Origin: an uncultured Gemmatimonadales bacterium
Lineage (GTDB): Bacteria; Gemmatimonadota; Gemmatimonadetes; Longimicrobiales; Longimicrobiaceae
DNA length: 64,000 bases
Direction of reading: 5' to 3'
NCBI GenBank assembly: GCA_963716255.1
Contig: OY970303.1
Span: 3,488,001-3,552,000, forward strand
Positions 10,254 to 19,493 of this stretch are shown here, one piece after another. The position numbers and the translations under genes were made by a program. The notes beneath the pieces are model-generated. The model saw only the letters and a program-made list of their open reading frames with translations, was not told where the DNA came from and did not search any database. Within the stretch, counting starts at the first letter, position 1. The number at the start of each line of letters is the position of its first letter.

Positions 10254-12374
10254 CTACGGGCGGCCGGGGCGGTACACCATCCCCAGGGAATCCACCGCCA
10301 GGGTGTCGGCGGCCAGCGAGTCGGGCGGCAGGGCTCCCAGGAAGATGGAGTCGGCGGGGAGGGTGTCGCCGGAGGGGACCAGCAGCCCGTCCTGGAGCAT
10401 GCACGCGCCCCGCGGCTCCGTGCCCGACACGAAGTACTCGGTGCGCACCGGGCCGGCGGGGCAGGGCGCCGTGAGCGGCTGTCCCGTGGCGCCGTCCACC
10501 GCCACGCGCAGCACGCCCTGCGGCACGCTCCACGGCGCCGGGGTGCGGCGCCGGGCGTACAGGTCGCGCATCATGTCGCCCCAGATGGGGGCCGCCACCG
10601 CGCCGCCGTACGCCCCCGCCCCCAGCGTCCGCGGGGTGTCGAAGCCCACCCACACGGCGGTGACGATCTCCGGGGTGAAGCCCACGTACCACACGTCGGC
10701 GCCGTCGTCGGTGGTGCCCGTCTTCCCGGCCATGGGAACGCGCGCGGGGAGGCGCTGGCGCGCCTCGGTCCCGGTGCCCTTCTCGGCGGCGTCGCGCAGC
10801 ATGTCGGTGACCAGGAAGGCGATGCCGGGGGTGAGCACCCGGGTTCCCTTGCCGCGCGCTTCGAAGAGCGACCTGCCCGAGGCGTCCGCGACGCGGCGCA
10901 CCAGGAAGGGGTCCACACGCATTCCCCGGTTGGCGAAGGCGGTGTACGCCGCCGCCAGCTCCACCGGCCGCACCACGCCGGCGCCCAGCACGGACGAGGG
11001 GTAGGGGCGGATGGGAGCGGAGAAGCCGAAGCGCCGCGCCGCGTCCACCACCTGGTCGAAGCCCACCTGCATCCCCAGCTGGATGGCGACGGTGTTGATG
11101 GACTGGGTGAGCGCCTGGCGCACCGTCACCGGCCCGCGGAAGCGGTCGTCCGAGTTCTTGGGGCGGTACAGCGGGGAGCCGGCCATGGCGATGGCGAGCG
11201 CCGTGTCCTGCACCACCGTGGCCGGGGTGACGCCCCGCTCCAGCGCCACGGCGTACACGAACGGCTTGAACGACGAGCCGGGCTGGCGGCGCGCGGCGGT
11301 GACCCGGTTGTAGTGCGAGTCCTCCCAGTCGCGCCCGCCGGTCATGGCCAGGATCTCGCCGGTGCGCGCGTCCAGCGACACCACCATCCCCTGGAGGTAC
11401 GGGGTGCCCTGCGCGGTGGGCTTCGCGGCCGGGGTGCCGTAGGGGGCGCCGCGGAACCAGGGCTGGCGCTCGGCGCGGCGCAGCCCGCCGGCCAGGGCGC
11501 TGTCGGCGGCGTTCTGGGCGGCGGGGTCCAGCGTGGTCCACACGCGCAGCCCCATCTCCCCGAACCTGGGGCCGTAGCGCTCGGCGAGGAACTGCCTCAC
11601 CTGCTCGATGGCGTACGGGGGCCGGGCGGAGTAGCCGTGGTTGGGGGCAAGGCGGATGGGGCGCGTCCTGGCCGTGGCGGCCTCGGCGCGGGTGATCGCC
11701 CCGTTCTGCGCCATGAGGTCCAGGACCAGGTTGCGCCGCTCCAGGGCCCGCGCCGGGTTGATCTTGGGGGAGTACACCCCCGCGCCCTTGGGGAGGGCGG
11801 CGAGCATGGCCGTCTCCTCGATGGTGAGGCGGGCGGCCGGCTTGCCGAAGTAGTGGCGTGCCGCGGCCTCGATCCCGTACCAGCCGTGCCCGAAGTAGAT
11901 CCAGTTGAGGTACGACTCCAGGATGCGGTCCTTGCCGTAGCGCCTCTCCAGCTCCAGCGCCAGCTCGGCCTCGCGGACCTTGCGCTCCAGCGTCATCTGG
12001 CGGCGGTCCACCCGCTCCGGGTACATGGTCCCGATGAGCTGCTGGGTGATGGTGGAGGCGCCCTCGCGGTCGCCCTCCAGGTTGCTCTTCACCGCGCGGG
12101 CGATCCCCACCGGGTCCACGCCGGCGTGCTCGTAGAAGCGCCGGTCCTCCACCGCCACGAAGGCGCGGGGGACGTAGCGCGGGAGCGACGACATGGGGAC
12201 CCAGGTCCGCACTTTGGGCCCAAGCTCGGCGATGAGCGACCCGTCGCGGGCGTACACCCGGGCGCTCTGGGTGGGCGCCTTCAGGGTGATGGCCCCGGAC
12301 CCCTGCGCGGCGGCGGGGGCGGGGAGCGCCAGGGCGAAGGCGGCGAGGGCGAGGACGCTGCGTATGGCTTTCAT
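10254..12374 (-). CDS. Class A penicillin-binding protein (PBP1A family)
   Basis: EDRRFYEHAGVD, GASTITQQL, RKVRE, YLNWIYFG; transpeptidase SSFK, SIN, KTG. Confidence 0.95.
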   Translation of the reverse strand: MKAIRSVLALAAFALALPAPAAAQGSGAITLKAPTQSARVYARDGSLIAELGPKVRTWVPMSSLPRYVPRAFVAVEDRRFYEHAGVDPVGIARAVKSNLEGDREGASTITQQLIGTMYPERVDRRQMTLERKVREAELALELERRYGKDRILESYLNWIYFGHGWYGIEAAARHYFGKPAARLTIEETAMLAALPKGAGVYSPKINPARALERRNLVLDLMAQNGAITRAEAATARTRPIRLAPNHGYSARPPYAIEQVRQFLAERYGPRFGEMGLRVWTTLDPAAQNAADSALAGGLRRAERQPWFRGAPYGTPAAKPTAQGTPYLQGMVVSLDARTGEILAMTGGRDWEDSHYNRVTAARRQPGSSFKPFVYAVALERGVTPATVVQDTALAIAMAGSPLYRPKNSDDRFRGPVTVRQALTQSINTVAIQLGMQVGFDQVVDAARRFGFSAPIRPYPSSVLGAGVVRPVELAAAYTAFANRGMRVDPFLVRRVADASGRSLFEARGKGTRVLTPGIAFLVTDMLRDAAEKGTGTEARQRLPARVPMAGKTGTTDDGADVWYVGFTPEIVTAVWVGFDTPRTLGAGAYGGAVAAPIWGDMMRDLYARRRTPAPWSVPQGVLRVAVDGATGQPLTAPCPAGPVRTEYFVSGTEPRGACMLQDGLLVPSGDTLPADSIFLGALPPDSLAADTLAVDSLGMVYRPGRP

Positions 12375-12416
12375 GCGGGTCGTGCGGATGGGTTTCGAAC
12401 TGCAACGGCGGGATGC

Positions 12417-12546
12417 GGGCGTGCCCCCCGGCTGCGCCGGGGGTCGGGCTGCGCGCTGCGTAGGACACGAAACGACCGTGTCCAACGCAGCCGAGCCCCG
12501 CGAACTGCCGCGGGTCTCAGCCCTGCCGGGCGCGCATCCCTCACGC
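12417..12546 (-). repeat. Dispersed multi-stem element, diverged copy B (upstream of the PBP1A gene)
   Basis: Same architecture with compensatory changes (CTGCGT/ACGCAG, GGACACG/CGTGTCC, GCCC-GGCA-GGGC). Confidence 0.85.
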
Positions 12547-12695
12547 GGGTTGTGGTGCGAGCACGGAAATCTAACCGCGCCGGGCGGGGCGGACGAGGGG
12601 CGGGAGACGGCAAGGATGTTGATTGTTCGGAGAGTGGCGCTTGCTTTGTCGCACTATCTGCGTTCGCCCCCGTCACCGTTTTCCGGGAGGAGATC

Positions 12696-12884
12696 ATGAC
12701 CCGTTCACCGAGACACCTGGCCCGCGCCGTCCTCGGAGCAGCCCTGGTGGCGGCCCTCGGCTTCGGAGCCGCGGAAGCGTTCGCCGCGCCGGCCGGAGCG
12801 CCGGAGGCCGCGCGGATCTGCCCGACCCACTGCGAAGACATAACCGACTGCAAATGCGTGAGCAGCCAGTGCGTGTGCTACTGA
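12696..12884 (+). CDS. Small secreted six-cysteine peptide (defensin-like), 62 aa
   Basis: GGAGGAG RBS; MTRSPRHLARAVLGAALVAALGFGAAEAFA-APAGAPEAAR-ICPTHCEDITDCKCVSSQCVCY. Confidence 0.8.
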   Translation: MTRSPRHLARAVLGAALVAALGFGAAEAFAAPAGAPEAARICPTHCEDITDCKCVSSQCVCY

Positions 12885-12907
12885 GCTGAGCGCACTTCGC
12901 GCCGGAG

Positions 12908-13423
12908 CTAGCGCGCCACCTCCCAGGCCAGGTGCGCCAGCTCCGGCGCGATCAGCTTTTCCCAGGCCAGCCGCACCGCCGCGGGCGAACCGGGGGTGGA
13001 GAACACCACCCGCCCCCGGAACGTCCCCGCCGTGGCGCGAGACAGCATGGCGGCGGCGCCCACCTGCTCCCAGCTGAGCATGCGGAATAGCTCCCCGAAG
13101 CCTGGGAGCGTCTTTTCCAGCATGCGGCTCAGCACGTCGTAGGTGGTGTCGCGCGGCGAGATCCCCGTGCCGCCGTTGAACACGACCACCCGCGCCTCCC
13201 CCGCCGCCATCTCCTCCAGCGCCGCGCGGACCTGCTCCGGCTCGTCGCGGATCACCCGGTACCCGGCCAGCACGTGCCCCGCCGTCTCGATGCGCTCCCG
13301 CAGGAACGTCCCGTTGGTGTCCGTGTCCGGGGTGCGCGTGTCGCTCACCGTGACCACGGCGACGGGGACGGGGCCGCGTCCGGTGGCGGCAGTGTGGTGG
13401 CGGTCGGAGCTCTCGGAGGACAT
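12908..13423 (-). CDS. moaB: MogA/MoaB family molybdopterin adenylyltransferase
   Basis: [41 protein letters not shown]. Confidence 0.9.
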   Translation of the reverse strand: MSSESSDRHHTAATGRGPVPVAVVTVSDTRTPDTDTNGTFLRERIETAGHVLAGYRVIRDEPEQVRAALEEMAAGEARVVVFNGGTGISPRDTTYDVLSRMLEKTLPGFGELFRMLSWEQVGAAAMLSRATAGTFRGRVVFSTPGSPAAVRLAWEKLIAPELAHLAWEVAR

Positions 13424-13454
13424 GGGCCGGTGCGGGAGTGCGAAAGTGGACGGC

Positions 13455-13482
13455 AGTACGAAGTACGGAGCACGAAGTACGG
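13455..13482 (+). repeat. Heptamer tandem repeat (AGYACGR)x4
   Basis: AGTACGA AGTACGG AGCACGA AGTACGG. Confidence 0.7.
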
Positions 13483-13539
13483 AACGGTGGCCTGGACGGG
13501 ATGGGTTGCCGTTCAGCGGTTCCCCTACCGTTCCCAGGT

Positions 13540-13680
13540 GATGTCGCGGAGGGAGACTCACGCGGCTGTTTGCGTGAGGCTCCCGCAGCTGGAGCGGAGA
13601 CACCGGGGCAGTTTCCGGTGGCTCCGCGACCCGCGCAGGAGACGGACGGCTGTTTCGTCCGGCTCCGGAGCGGCCCCCCG
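13540..13680 (+). repeat. Triple-hairpin array 1 (GAGAC-stem-GCWGTTT-stem-GGCTC x3)
   Basis: Hairpins at 13551-13584, 13594-13627 and 13638-13666, with different stems but the same loop and bulge. Confidence 0.8.
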
Positions 13681-13810
13681 GCAAGATCCTACCTCACGAG
13701 CCGTCCACGGGCAACGTCCACACACGTTTGCGCTTCCGGAAGTGCGTGCTAGATTGGGTCGTTGCCCCCCCGCACCCGCTCCGCTCCCGGCACCGTCAAC
13801 CCGGAGCCCC

Positions 13811-14578
13811 ATGACCGGTCCCGCGCCCGATGCCACGGACATCCCCGCCACCCCCGCGGACACGGACGGGTTGGCCCGGGACGGCCGCCGGCACTGGCGG
13901 CGCTGGGCGGCGCTGGGGGCGTTCGCCGCGGCGCTGGCGCTGTTCTTCGCGCTGGGCGGGGACGAGTGGCTGCGCTTCGAGACGCTGAAGGCGCACCGTG
14001 ACCAGCTGCTGGCGGCGACGCGCGACCACCACGCGCTGGCGCTGCTGCTGACCTTTCTGGCCTACGTGGCGGTGGTGGCGCTCAGCGTGCCGGGCGCCAC
14101 GGTGGCCTCGCTGGCGGTGGGGTTCCTGTTCGGGCGCTGGGTGGGAACGCTGCTGATCGTGGCGGCGGCGACGATCGGGGCCACGCTGGTGTTCCTGGCG
14201 GCGCGCCACCTGTTCGCGGACGCGGCGCGGCGGCGCCTGGGGCCGCGCGCGCAGCGGGTGATCCACGGCTTTGAAAAGGACGCCGTGAACTACCTCCTCT
14301 TCCTGCGCCTGGTGCCGGTCTTCCCCTTCTGGCTGGCCAACCTGATTCCGGCTTTCACCCCGGTGCGCACACGCACCTACGTGCTCACCACCGCCGCCGG
14401 AATCCTCCCGGGGACCTTCGTCTTCGCCAACCTGGGAGAGTCGCTGGGGCGCATCCAGTCGCCGGACCAGCTTCTTTCCCCTCGGGTCCTGACCTCGCTG
14501 GGGCTGCTGGGCCTCCTCGCCCTCCTCCCCGTCGCGGTCCGGAAGCTACGCACCCCCAAGCCCGGAGACGTGCTATGA
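13811..14578 (+). CDS. TVP38/TMEM64 (DedA/VTT superfamily) membrane protein
   Basis: VALSVPGA, GFLFG, ATIGATLVF, LRLVPVFPFWLANL, GILPGT. Confidence 0.9.
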   Translation: MTGPAPDATDIPATPADTDGLARDGRRHWRRWAALGAFAAALALFFALGGDEWLRFETLKAHRDQLLAATRDHHALALLLTFLAYVAVVALSVPGATVASLAVGFLFGRWVGTLLIVAAATIGATLVFLAARHLFADAARRRLGPRAQRVIHGFEKDAVNYLLFLRLVPVFPFWLANLIPAFTPVRTRTYVLTTAAGILPGTFVFANLGESLGRIQSPDQLLSPRVLTSLGLLGLLALLPVAVRKLRTPKPGDVL

Positions 14579-15384
14579 CGACGACGTACCAGCGCCACAG
14601 GCCTGGCCACACCGACCTCGGGGTGCTCGCGGAGGAGCGTCCCCTCTCCCGCCTGGCGATCGCGGCGTTCGCGCTGGCGCTCCTCGCCGGCCTGCTGGTG
14701 ATGGCCGCGGGTCCGGGGACGCGCGCCGGGTGGTGGGAGTTCGGCACGGGCTTCAGCCTGCTGAAGTGGGGCGCGTACCTGGGGATCGTGGCCGCGGTGG
14801 CGTGCCTTGCCGCGGCGGTGCGCGCCTGGCGGATGAACGGCCGCTGGCTGGCGCTGGCCGGGGTGGCCGTGGCGCTGGCGGCGGTGCTGGTGCCCTGGAG
14901 CTTCAAGCGCGGTGCGTCGGGAGCGCCGCCCATCCACGACGTCACCACGGACACCCGCAACCCGCCGGCCTTCGTGGCGGTGGCGCCGCTGCGGGCCGAC
15001 GCCTCCAACCCGGTGGCGTACGAGGGGGAGGTGGTGGCGGCGCAGCAGCGCCAGGCGTACCCGGACCTCCAGCCGGTGATGATGACGGCGCCGCTCTCGG
15101 TGGTGTTCGACGACGCGCTCGCCGCCGCGCGGGAGATGGGGTGGGAGATCGTGGACTCGAACCGGGAGCAGGGCCGCATCGAGGCCACGGCGACCACCAC
15201 CTGGTTCGGCTTCAAGGACGACGTGGTGATCCGGGTGATGCCGGCGTCCGGGGTGTCGCGCGTGGACGTGCGCTCCAAGTCGCGCGTGGGCCGCGGGGAC
15301 GCGGGCGCGAACGCGGCGCGCATCCGCGGCTACCTGGAGAAACTCCGCAGCCGCCGGCCGCAGGCGGTGGTCGAGGTGGGATGA
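14575..15384 (+). CDS. DUF1499 domain membrane protein
   Basis: PPIHDVTTD..NPPAF, YPDLQP, FGFKDDVVIRV, RVDVRSKSRVGRGDAGANAARI. Confidence 0.88.
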   Translation: MTTTYQRHRPGHTDLGVLAEERPLSRLAIAAFALALLAGLLVMAAGPGTRAGWWEFGTGFSLLKWGAYLGIVAAVACLAAAVRAWRMNGRWLALAGVAVALAAVLVPWSFKRGASGAPPIHDVTTDTRNPPAFVAVAPLRADASNPVAYEGEVVAAQQRQAYPDLQPVMMTAPLSVVFDDALAAAREMGWEIVDSNREQGRIEATATTTWFGFKDDVVIRVMPASGVSRVDVRSKSRVGRGDAGANAARIRGYLEKLRSRRPQAVVEVG

Positions 15385-15551
15385 CCCGCCCGGCGCGCCC
15401 GCGCCGTCACCGCTCCGCGCGCCCGGGGAACTCCGCCTCTCTGTAGCGGGGTACGGAGCCCCGGGCCGGACCGCGACGCTCCACCGGCCCGCCGGTGGAG
15501 CGTTTTTTCGGCTCTCCGGCACCCACCGCGAACCCTGGAGACGGGACCCGG

Positions 15552-15887
15552 ATGCACACGCACTACTACGACTCGCACGACCTCCCCCGCTTCGGCGAGA
15601 TCGGCAGGGACGCCCCGGAGCTGGCGCGCAAGTTCTTCGACTGGTACGAGGCGGTCTTCGCCGAGGGGGCCCTGTCGCAGCGCGAGAAGTCGCTGATCGC
15701 GCTGGCGGTGGCCCACGCGGTGCAGTGCCCGTACTGCATCGACGCCTATTCCTCGGACTGCCTGCAGAAGGGGGCGGACGTGGAGCAGATGACGGAAGCG
15801 GTGCACGTGGCGGCGGCCATCCGGGGCGGCGCCTCGCTGGTGCACGGGATCCAGATGCGCAATCACGCGGACCGGCTGGGGATGTAG
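15552..15887 (+). CDS. AhpD/CMD-like peroxidase-related protein (arsenosugar-cluster associated)
   Basis: EGALSQREKSLIALAVAHAVQCPYCIDAY; 3 nt upstream of the arsS-like gene. Confidence 0.85.
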   Translation: MHTHYYDSHDLPRFGEIGRDAPELARKFFDWYEAVFAEGALSQREKSLIALAVAHAVQCPYCIDAYSSDCLQKGADVEQMTEAVHVAAAIRGGASLVHGIQMRNHADRLGM

Positions 15888-15890
15888 ACG

Positions 15891-16937
15891 ATGGGACACG
15901 TGCTGCCGACCCTCCAGAAGCGCCACGCCCCGCTCGCCGCCGCGAGGGCGCAGCGGGACGCGCTCGCCGCCGTGCCGACGGCGCGCAGCTTCCAGGCCGC
16001 GCTGGAGGCGTCGGGATTGTTTCCCCTGCGGGCCACGGGGATCGACGTGCTGCAGGTGAACGTGGGCCGCAAGTGCAACCAGACGTGCCGGCACTGCCAC
16101 GTGGACGCGGGCCCTGACCGGCGCGAGATGATGCCGGACGCGGTGATGGACCGGGTGCTGGAGATCATCGAGACCACCGACGTCCCGGTGGTGGACGTCA
16201 CCGGCGGCGCGCCGGAGCTGCACCGCCGCTGGCGCGAGCTGGTGGCGCGCTCCCGGGCCGCCGGCAAGCGGGTGATGGACCGCTGCAACCTGACCATCGC
16301 CCTGCTCCCCAACTACGCCTACCTGCCGGAGTTCTTCGCGGAGCACCGGGTGGAGGTGGTGGCGTCGCTCCCGCACTTCCGCCAGCGCAACACGGACGCG
16401 CAGCGCGGCGACGGGGTGTTCGAGCAGTCCATCGAAGCTCTGCGGCGGCTCAACGCCGTGGGGTACGGGCGCGAGGGGACGGGGCTGGAGCTGAGCCTGG
16501 TGACCAACCCGGTGGGCACCTTCCTCCCCGGAGGCCAGGCGGCGCTGGAGCGCGACTGGAAGCAGCAGATGCGGCGGCTGTACGGGATCGAGTTCACCCG
16601 GCTGTTCACCATCACCAACATGCCCATCTCCCGCTTCCTGGAGCACCTGGAGGAAACGGGGGCGCTGGACGAGTACATGGAGCGGCTGGTGACGGCCTTC
16701 AACCCGGCGGCGGCGGCGGGGGTGATGTGCCGCGGGACGCTGTCGGTGGGGTGGGACGGGACGCTGTACGACTGCGACTTCAACCAGATGCTGGAGCTGC
16801 CCGTGGAGGCGCGTGTGCCGCGCACGGTGTTCGACTTCGATCCGGAGGCGCTGGCCGGGCGCGAGATCGTGCTGGGGCCGCACTGCTTCGGGTGCACGGC
16901 GGGGGCGGGATCGAGCTGCGGGGGCGCGACGGCGTAG
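15891..16937 (+). CDS. arsS: ArsS-like radical SAM protein with Cys-rich C-terminus (DUF3641)
   Basis: CNQTCRHC, TGGAPEL, DRCNLT, NMPISRF, YDCDFNQM, HCFGCTAGAGSSCGGA. Confidence 0.88.
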   Translation: MGHVLPTLQKRHAPLAAARAQRDALAAVPTARSFQAALEASGLFPLRATGIDVLQVNVGRKCNQTCRHCHVDAGPDRREMMPDAVMDRVLEIIETTDVPVVDVTGGAPELHRRWRELVARSRAAGKRVMDRCNLTIALLPNYAYLPEFFAEHRVEVVASLPHFRQRNTDAQRGDGVFEQSIEALRRLNAVGYGREGTGLELSLVTNPVGTFLPGGQAALERDWKQQMRRLYGIEFTRLFTITNMPISRFLEHLEETGALDEYMERLVTAFNPAAAAGVMCRGTLSVGWDGTLYDCDFNQMLELPVEARVPRTVFDFDPEALAGREIVLGPHCFGCTAGAGSSCGGATA

Positions 16938-16964
16938 CCGGGAGCCCGCCCCCGGCCGCACCCG

Positions 16965-17285
16965 TCAGGGGCGGTACTTTTCCCGGCGGCTGCGGACGTA
17001 GGCGCGGAGCACCGCGTTGATGCGGCTCTGGTAGCCGCGGCCCTGCTCCTTGAAGTAGTCCAGCACTTCGGCGTCCAGCCGGATGGAGATGGGCACCTTG
17101 CCGCGGTCCTCCGGCATCACCAGCCGGGCGTCGCGCAGCTCCTTCTCGGTCCACGGCGGGTTGTCCGCGTCGGCGAGGGCGGCGCCCTCGATGTCCGCTT
17201 CCGAGAGCGCGTCGACGCGCTGCCAGTCAGTTCGCCCGGGGGCCAGCGTGTCCCGGGTACGCCGCACGATATGCTCTTCGCCCAT
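16965..17285 (-). CDS. brnA: BrnA-family antitoxin
   Basis: AGGAGG RBS; TDWQRVDALSEADI...KVPISIRLDAEVLDYFKEQGRGYQSRINAVLRAY. Confidence 0.9.
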   Translation of the reverse strand: MGEEHIVRRTRDTLAPGRTDWQRVDALSEADIEGAALADADNPPWTEKELRDARLVMPEDRGKVPISIRLDAEVLDYFKEQGRGYQSRINAVLRAYVRSRREKYRP

Positions 17286-17522
17286 ACCTCCTCGCCCTCC
17301 GCGCCGAGATGATCCGGTACCGCCCCTCGCGGACCGTGTACACGACCGCGACCTCCCGCTCCTCCACCACCCCGACCGCCAGCCTGCGCTCCTCGCCGTC
17401 GCGGTTGGAGGCGACCTCCAGGGTAGGCCCGTAGAAGACCCGGGCCGCGTCCTCGAAATCGATCCCGTGCTTCGCGAGGTTGGCCTGATATGACACTTCC
17501 GCTCGTCCCACTCGAAATCCAG
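17227..17522 (-). pseudogene. brnT: BrnT-family toxin, frameshifted by a ~5-bp insertion near 17486-17490
   Basis: FEWDERK is in one frame; QANLAKHGIDFEDAARVF...RIISARRA is in another. Confidence 0.8.
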
Positions 17523-17538
17523 CGGCTCGGGTGGGTTT

Positions 17539-17567
17539 AGTATATACATTCGTATTTACGAAGGCAA
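17539..17567 (-). promoter_or_regulatory. Sigma70 promoter and operator of brnTA
   Basis: TTGCCT-17 nt-TATACT, overlapped by the inverted repeat TTCGTA-AA-TACGAA. Confidence 0.7.
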
Positions 17568-17702
17568 GAGATCGGATCGGGGGACCCCGTTTTCAAGGAT
17601 CGGTCGCGGGCGGCCGGGCTTGAGGCTTCGCTTGACGTGCCGCCCACCGGTGCGCTACAACTCCCGCCGGACGCTCGAATGAACCAGCCAGGAGGCAGCG
17701 CC

Positions 17703-18101
17703 ATGACCGAACACCCGAGAAGCTGGCACCCCGTCGCCCCGGCGGGCGGGTCCGCGCCGCCGCGCGGCAACTACTCCCCCGCCGTGCGCGCCGGCGACTT
17801 CGTGTACGTGTCCGGCCAGGTGCCGCGCGACGCCGCCACCGGCGAGCTGCTGGGCGCCGACGTGGGCGAGCAGACCCGCCACACGCTGGAGAAGCTGGAC
17901 GCCGTGCTGCGCACCGCCGGCGGCTCGCTCGCGGACGTGGTCGCCGTGACCGCGTACCTCCAGGACATCGGCGACTGGGAGGCCTTCAACCGCGCGTACG
18001 GAGAGGCGTTCACCCCGCCCTTCCCCACGCGCACCACCGTGGGTGCGGACCTGGCAGACGTCCTGGTGGAGATCAGCGCCGTGGCGTACCTGCCGAGGTA
18101 G
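17703..18101 (+). CDS. RidA/YjgF family enamine deaminase
   Basis: GNYSPAVRAGDFVYVSGQVP, FNRAY, PTRTTVG, LVEISAVA. Confidence 0.92.
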   Translation: MTEHPRSWHPVAPAGGSAPPRGNYSPAVRAGDFVYVSGQVPRDAATGELLGADVGEQTRHTLEKLDAVLRTAGGSLADVVAVTAYLQDIGDWEAFNRAYGEAFTPPFPTRTTVGADLADVLVEISAVAYLPR

Positions 18102-18143
18102 AACGGACGTGCGGAAGTAGAACTGTGGTACGGAGTACGTGAA

Positions 18144-18177
18144 GGCGCCCCCGCCGGGAGATCCCGGCGGGGGCGCC
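18144..18177. terminator. GC-rich hairpin after the RidA gene
   Basis: GGCGCCCCCGCCGGGA-GA-TCCCGGCGGGGGCGCC. Confidence 0.65.
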
Positions 18178-18180
18178 GCT

Positions 18181-18307
18181 GCATGAGGGATGTCGGCCCG
18201 AAGGGGCGAGACCCGCGCAGTTTGCGGGGCTCGACTCCGTTAAGCACGGTTGTATCGTGCTTTACGGAGCCGCAGCCCGACCCCCGCGCCCCGCGGGGGG
18301 CATGCCC
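18181..18307 (+). repeat. Dispersed multi-stem element, copy C
   Basis: Closing stem covaries to GCATG/CATGC; inner stem AAGCACG/CGTGCTT. Confidence 0.9.
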
Positions 18308-18331
18308 GAACCCGGCTGTTCGGAACCCGTC

Positions 18332-19429
18332 TTACCTCGCCAGCCAGCGGGGGAGCCAGTCCGCTCCCGGCGCGCGGGTCAGGCGGGTGATCCCCGTCCC
18401 GTCCGAGCGCATCAGGTACAGCTCCGGGTCGCCGTCGCGGTCGGAGGTGAAGACGAGGTGGTTTCCGTCGGGAGACCAGGCGGGGGAGCCGTCCCTGCCC
18501 CGTCCGTCGGACAGCTCGCGCACGGCGCCGGTGGACAGCTCCACCACCCGGATGCGCGATGCACCCTGGCGGGTGCGGCGCACGTAGGCCACGCGCCCGC
18601 CATCGGGCGACCAGGCGGGCTCCGCCTCCTGCACGTTGGCCCCGGCGGCGCCGGTGTCCGCGGCGGCGGTGAGCCGCCGGATCCCCGAGCCGTCCGGGCG
18701 CACCAGGTAGACGCGGTCGGCGCTCTCGCGGTTGCTGAGGAAGGCGAGCGTCCGCCCGTCCGGCGACCAGAGCGCGCCCCAGTCGTCGCGGTGGAACGCG
18801 GTGAGGCGCCGCTGCCCGGAGCCGTCGGCGCGCATCACGTACAGCTCGGCGTTGCCGTCGCGGCTGGAGGCGAAGGCGATCCACGCGCCGTCGGGCGACA
18901 CCGCCGGCTCGAAGTTGCCCAGCCGGTCGTCGGTCAGCCGCACCGGGGAGGTGCCGTCCGCGCCGATGCGGTACAGGTCGCGGAAGCTGGCCTCGTCCGA
19001 TTCGAACACCAGCCAGCGCCCGTCCGGCGACCAGCTGGGGCTCCGCGAGCGCCCCATCCGCGGGCCGATGGGGCGGGGCGCCCCGCCGTCCAGCGGGTAC
19101 AGCGCGAGCTGCTCCAGGTGGAGGGTGGAGTCTTCGGCCACCGACACCACCAGCACACCGGAGCCGTCGGGCGCGGGGGCGGCGGGGTAGTCGGCTTCCG
19201 GGCCGCGGGTCAGACGGCGCAGCCCCTCCCCGGAGGGGCGGGCCACGTAGACCTCCGGGTTGCCGTCGCGCTCGGAGGTCCAGGCCAGCGTTCCCGCGAG
19301 GGCGCGCCGCTCGGCGAGCGGCAGGGTGTCGCCGGGGGCCGCGGCGCGCGAGGAGCCGGCGTCGCCGCGGCACGCGGACAGGGCGAGAAGGAGCAGGGCC
19401 GCGGCGCGGCGGGTCTGCGGGCGTCTCAT
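18332..19429 (-). CDS. TolB-like PD40 beta-propeller lipoprotein
   Basis: LSAC lipobox; repeated PxWSPDG..L.F.S.RDG..E.Y. Confidence 0.88.
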   Translation of the reverse strand: MRRPQTRRAAALLLLALSACRGDAGSSRAAAPGDTLPLAERRALAGTLAWTSERDGNPEVYVARPSGEGLRRLTRGPEADYPAAPAPDGSGVLVVSVAEDSTLHLEQLALYPLDGGAPRPIGPRMGRSRSPSWSPDGRWLVFESDEASFRDLYRIGADGTSPVRLTDDRLGNFEPAVSPDGAWIAFASSRDGNAELYVMRADGSGQRRLTAFHRDDWGALWSPDGRTLAFLSNRESADRVYLVRPDGSGIRRLTAAADTGAAGANVQEAEPAWSPDGGRVAYVRRTRQGASRIRVVELSTGAVRELSDGRGRDGSPAWSPDGNHLVFTSDRDGDPELYLMRSDGTGITRLTRAPGADWLPRWLAR

Positions 19430-19493
19430 GAGGATCGGGTGCGGGAAGACCGCGCGCCCCGGGATCCCCGGGGCGCGCGGAGCTGCGAGGGCG

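Noticed and set aside
12608..12650. Sigma54 promoter for the six-cysteine peptide gene
   Set aside because: Both candidates (CGGCAAGGATGTTGA, TGGCGCTTGCTTTGT) lack the -12 GC
16880..16937. Selenocysteine in ArsS
   Set aside because: All C-terminal Cys codons are TGC and the stop is TAG
12696..16937. Six-cysteine peptide as substrate of the nearby radical SAM enzyme (ranthipeptide/sactipeptide)
   Set aside because: The enzyme is ArsS-type without an evident RRE, lies 3 kb away beyond unrelated genes, and the peptide has a Sec-type signal, which favours disulfides
16965..17549. 194-aa ORF as a genuine novel protein
   Set aside because: Explained by the brnT frameshift running into brnA; its ATG lies inside the predicted promoter spacer
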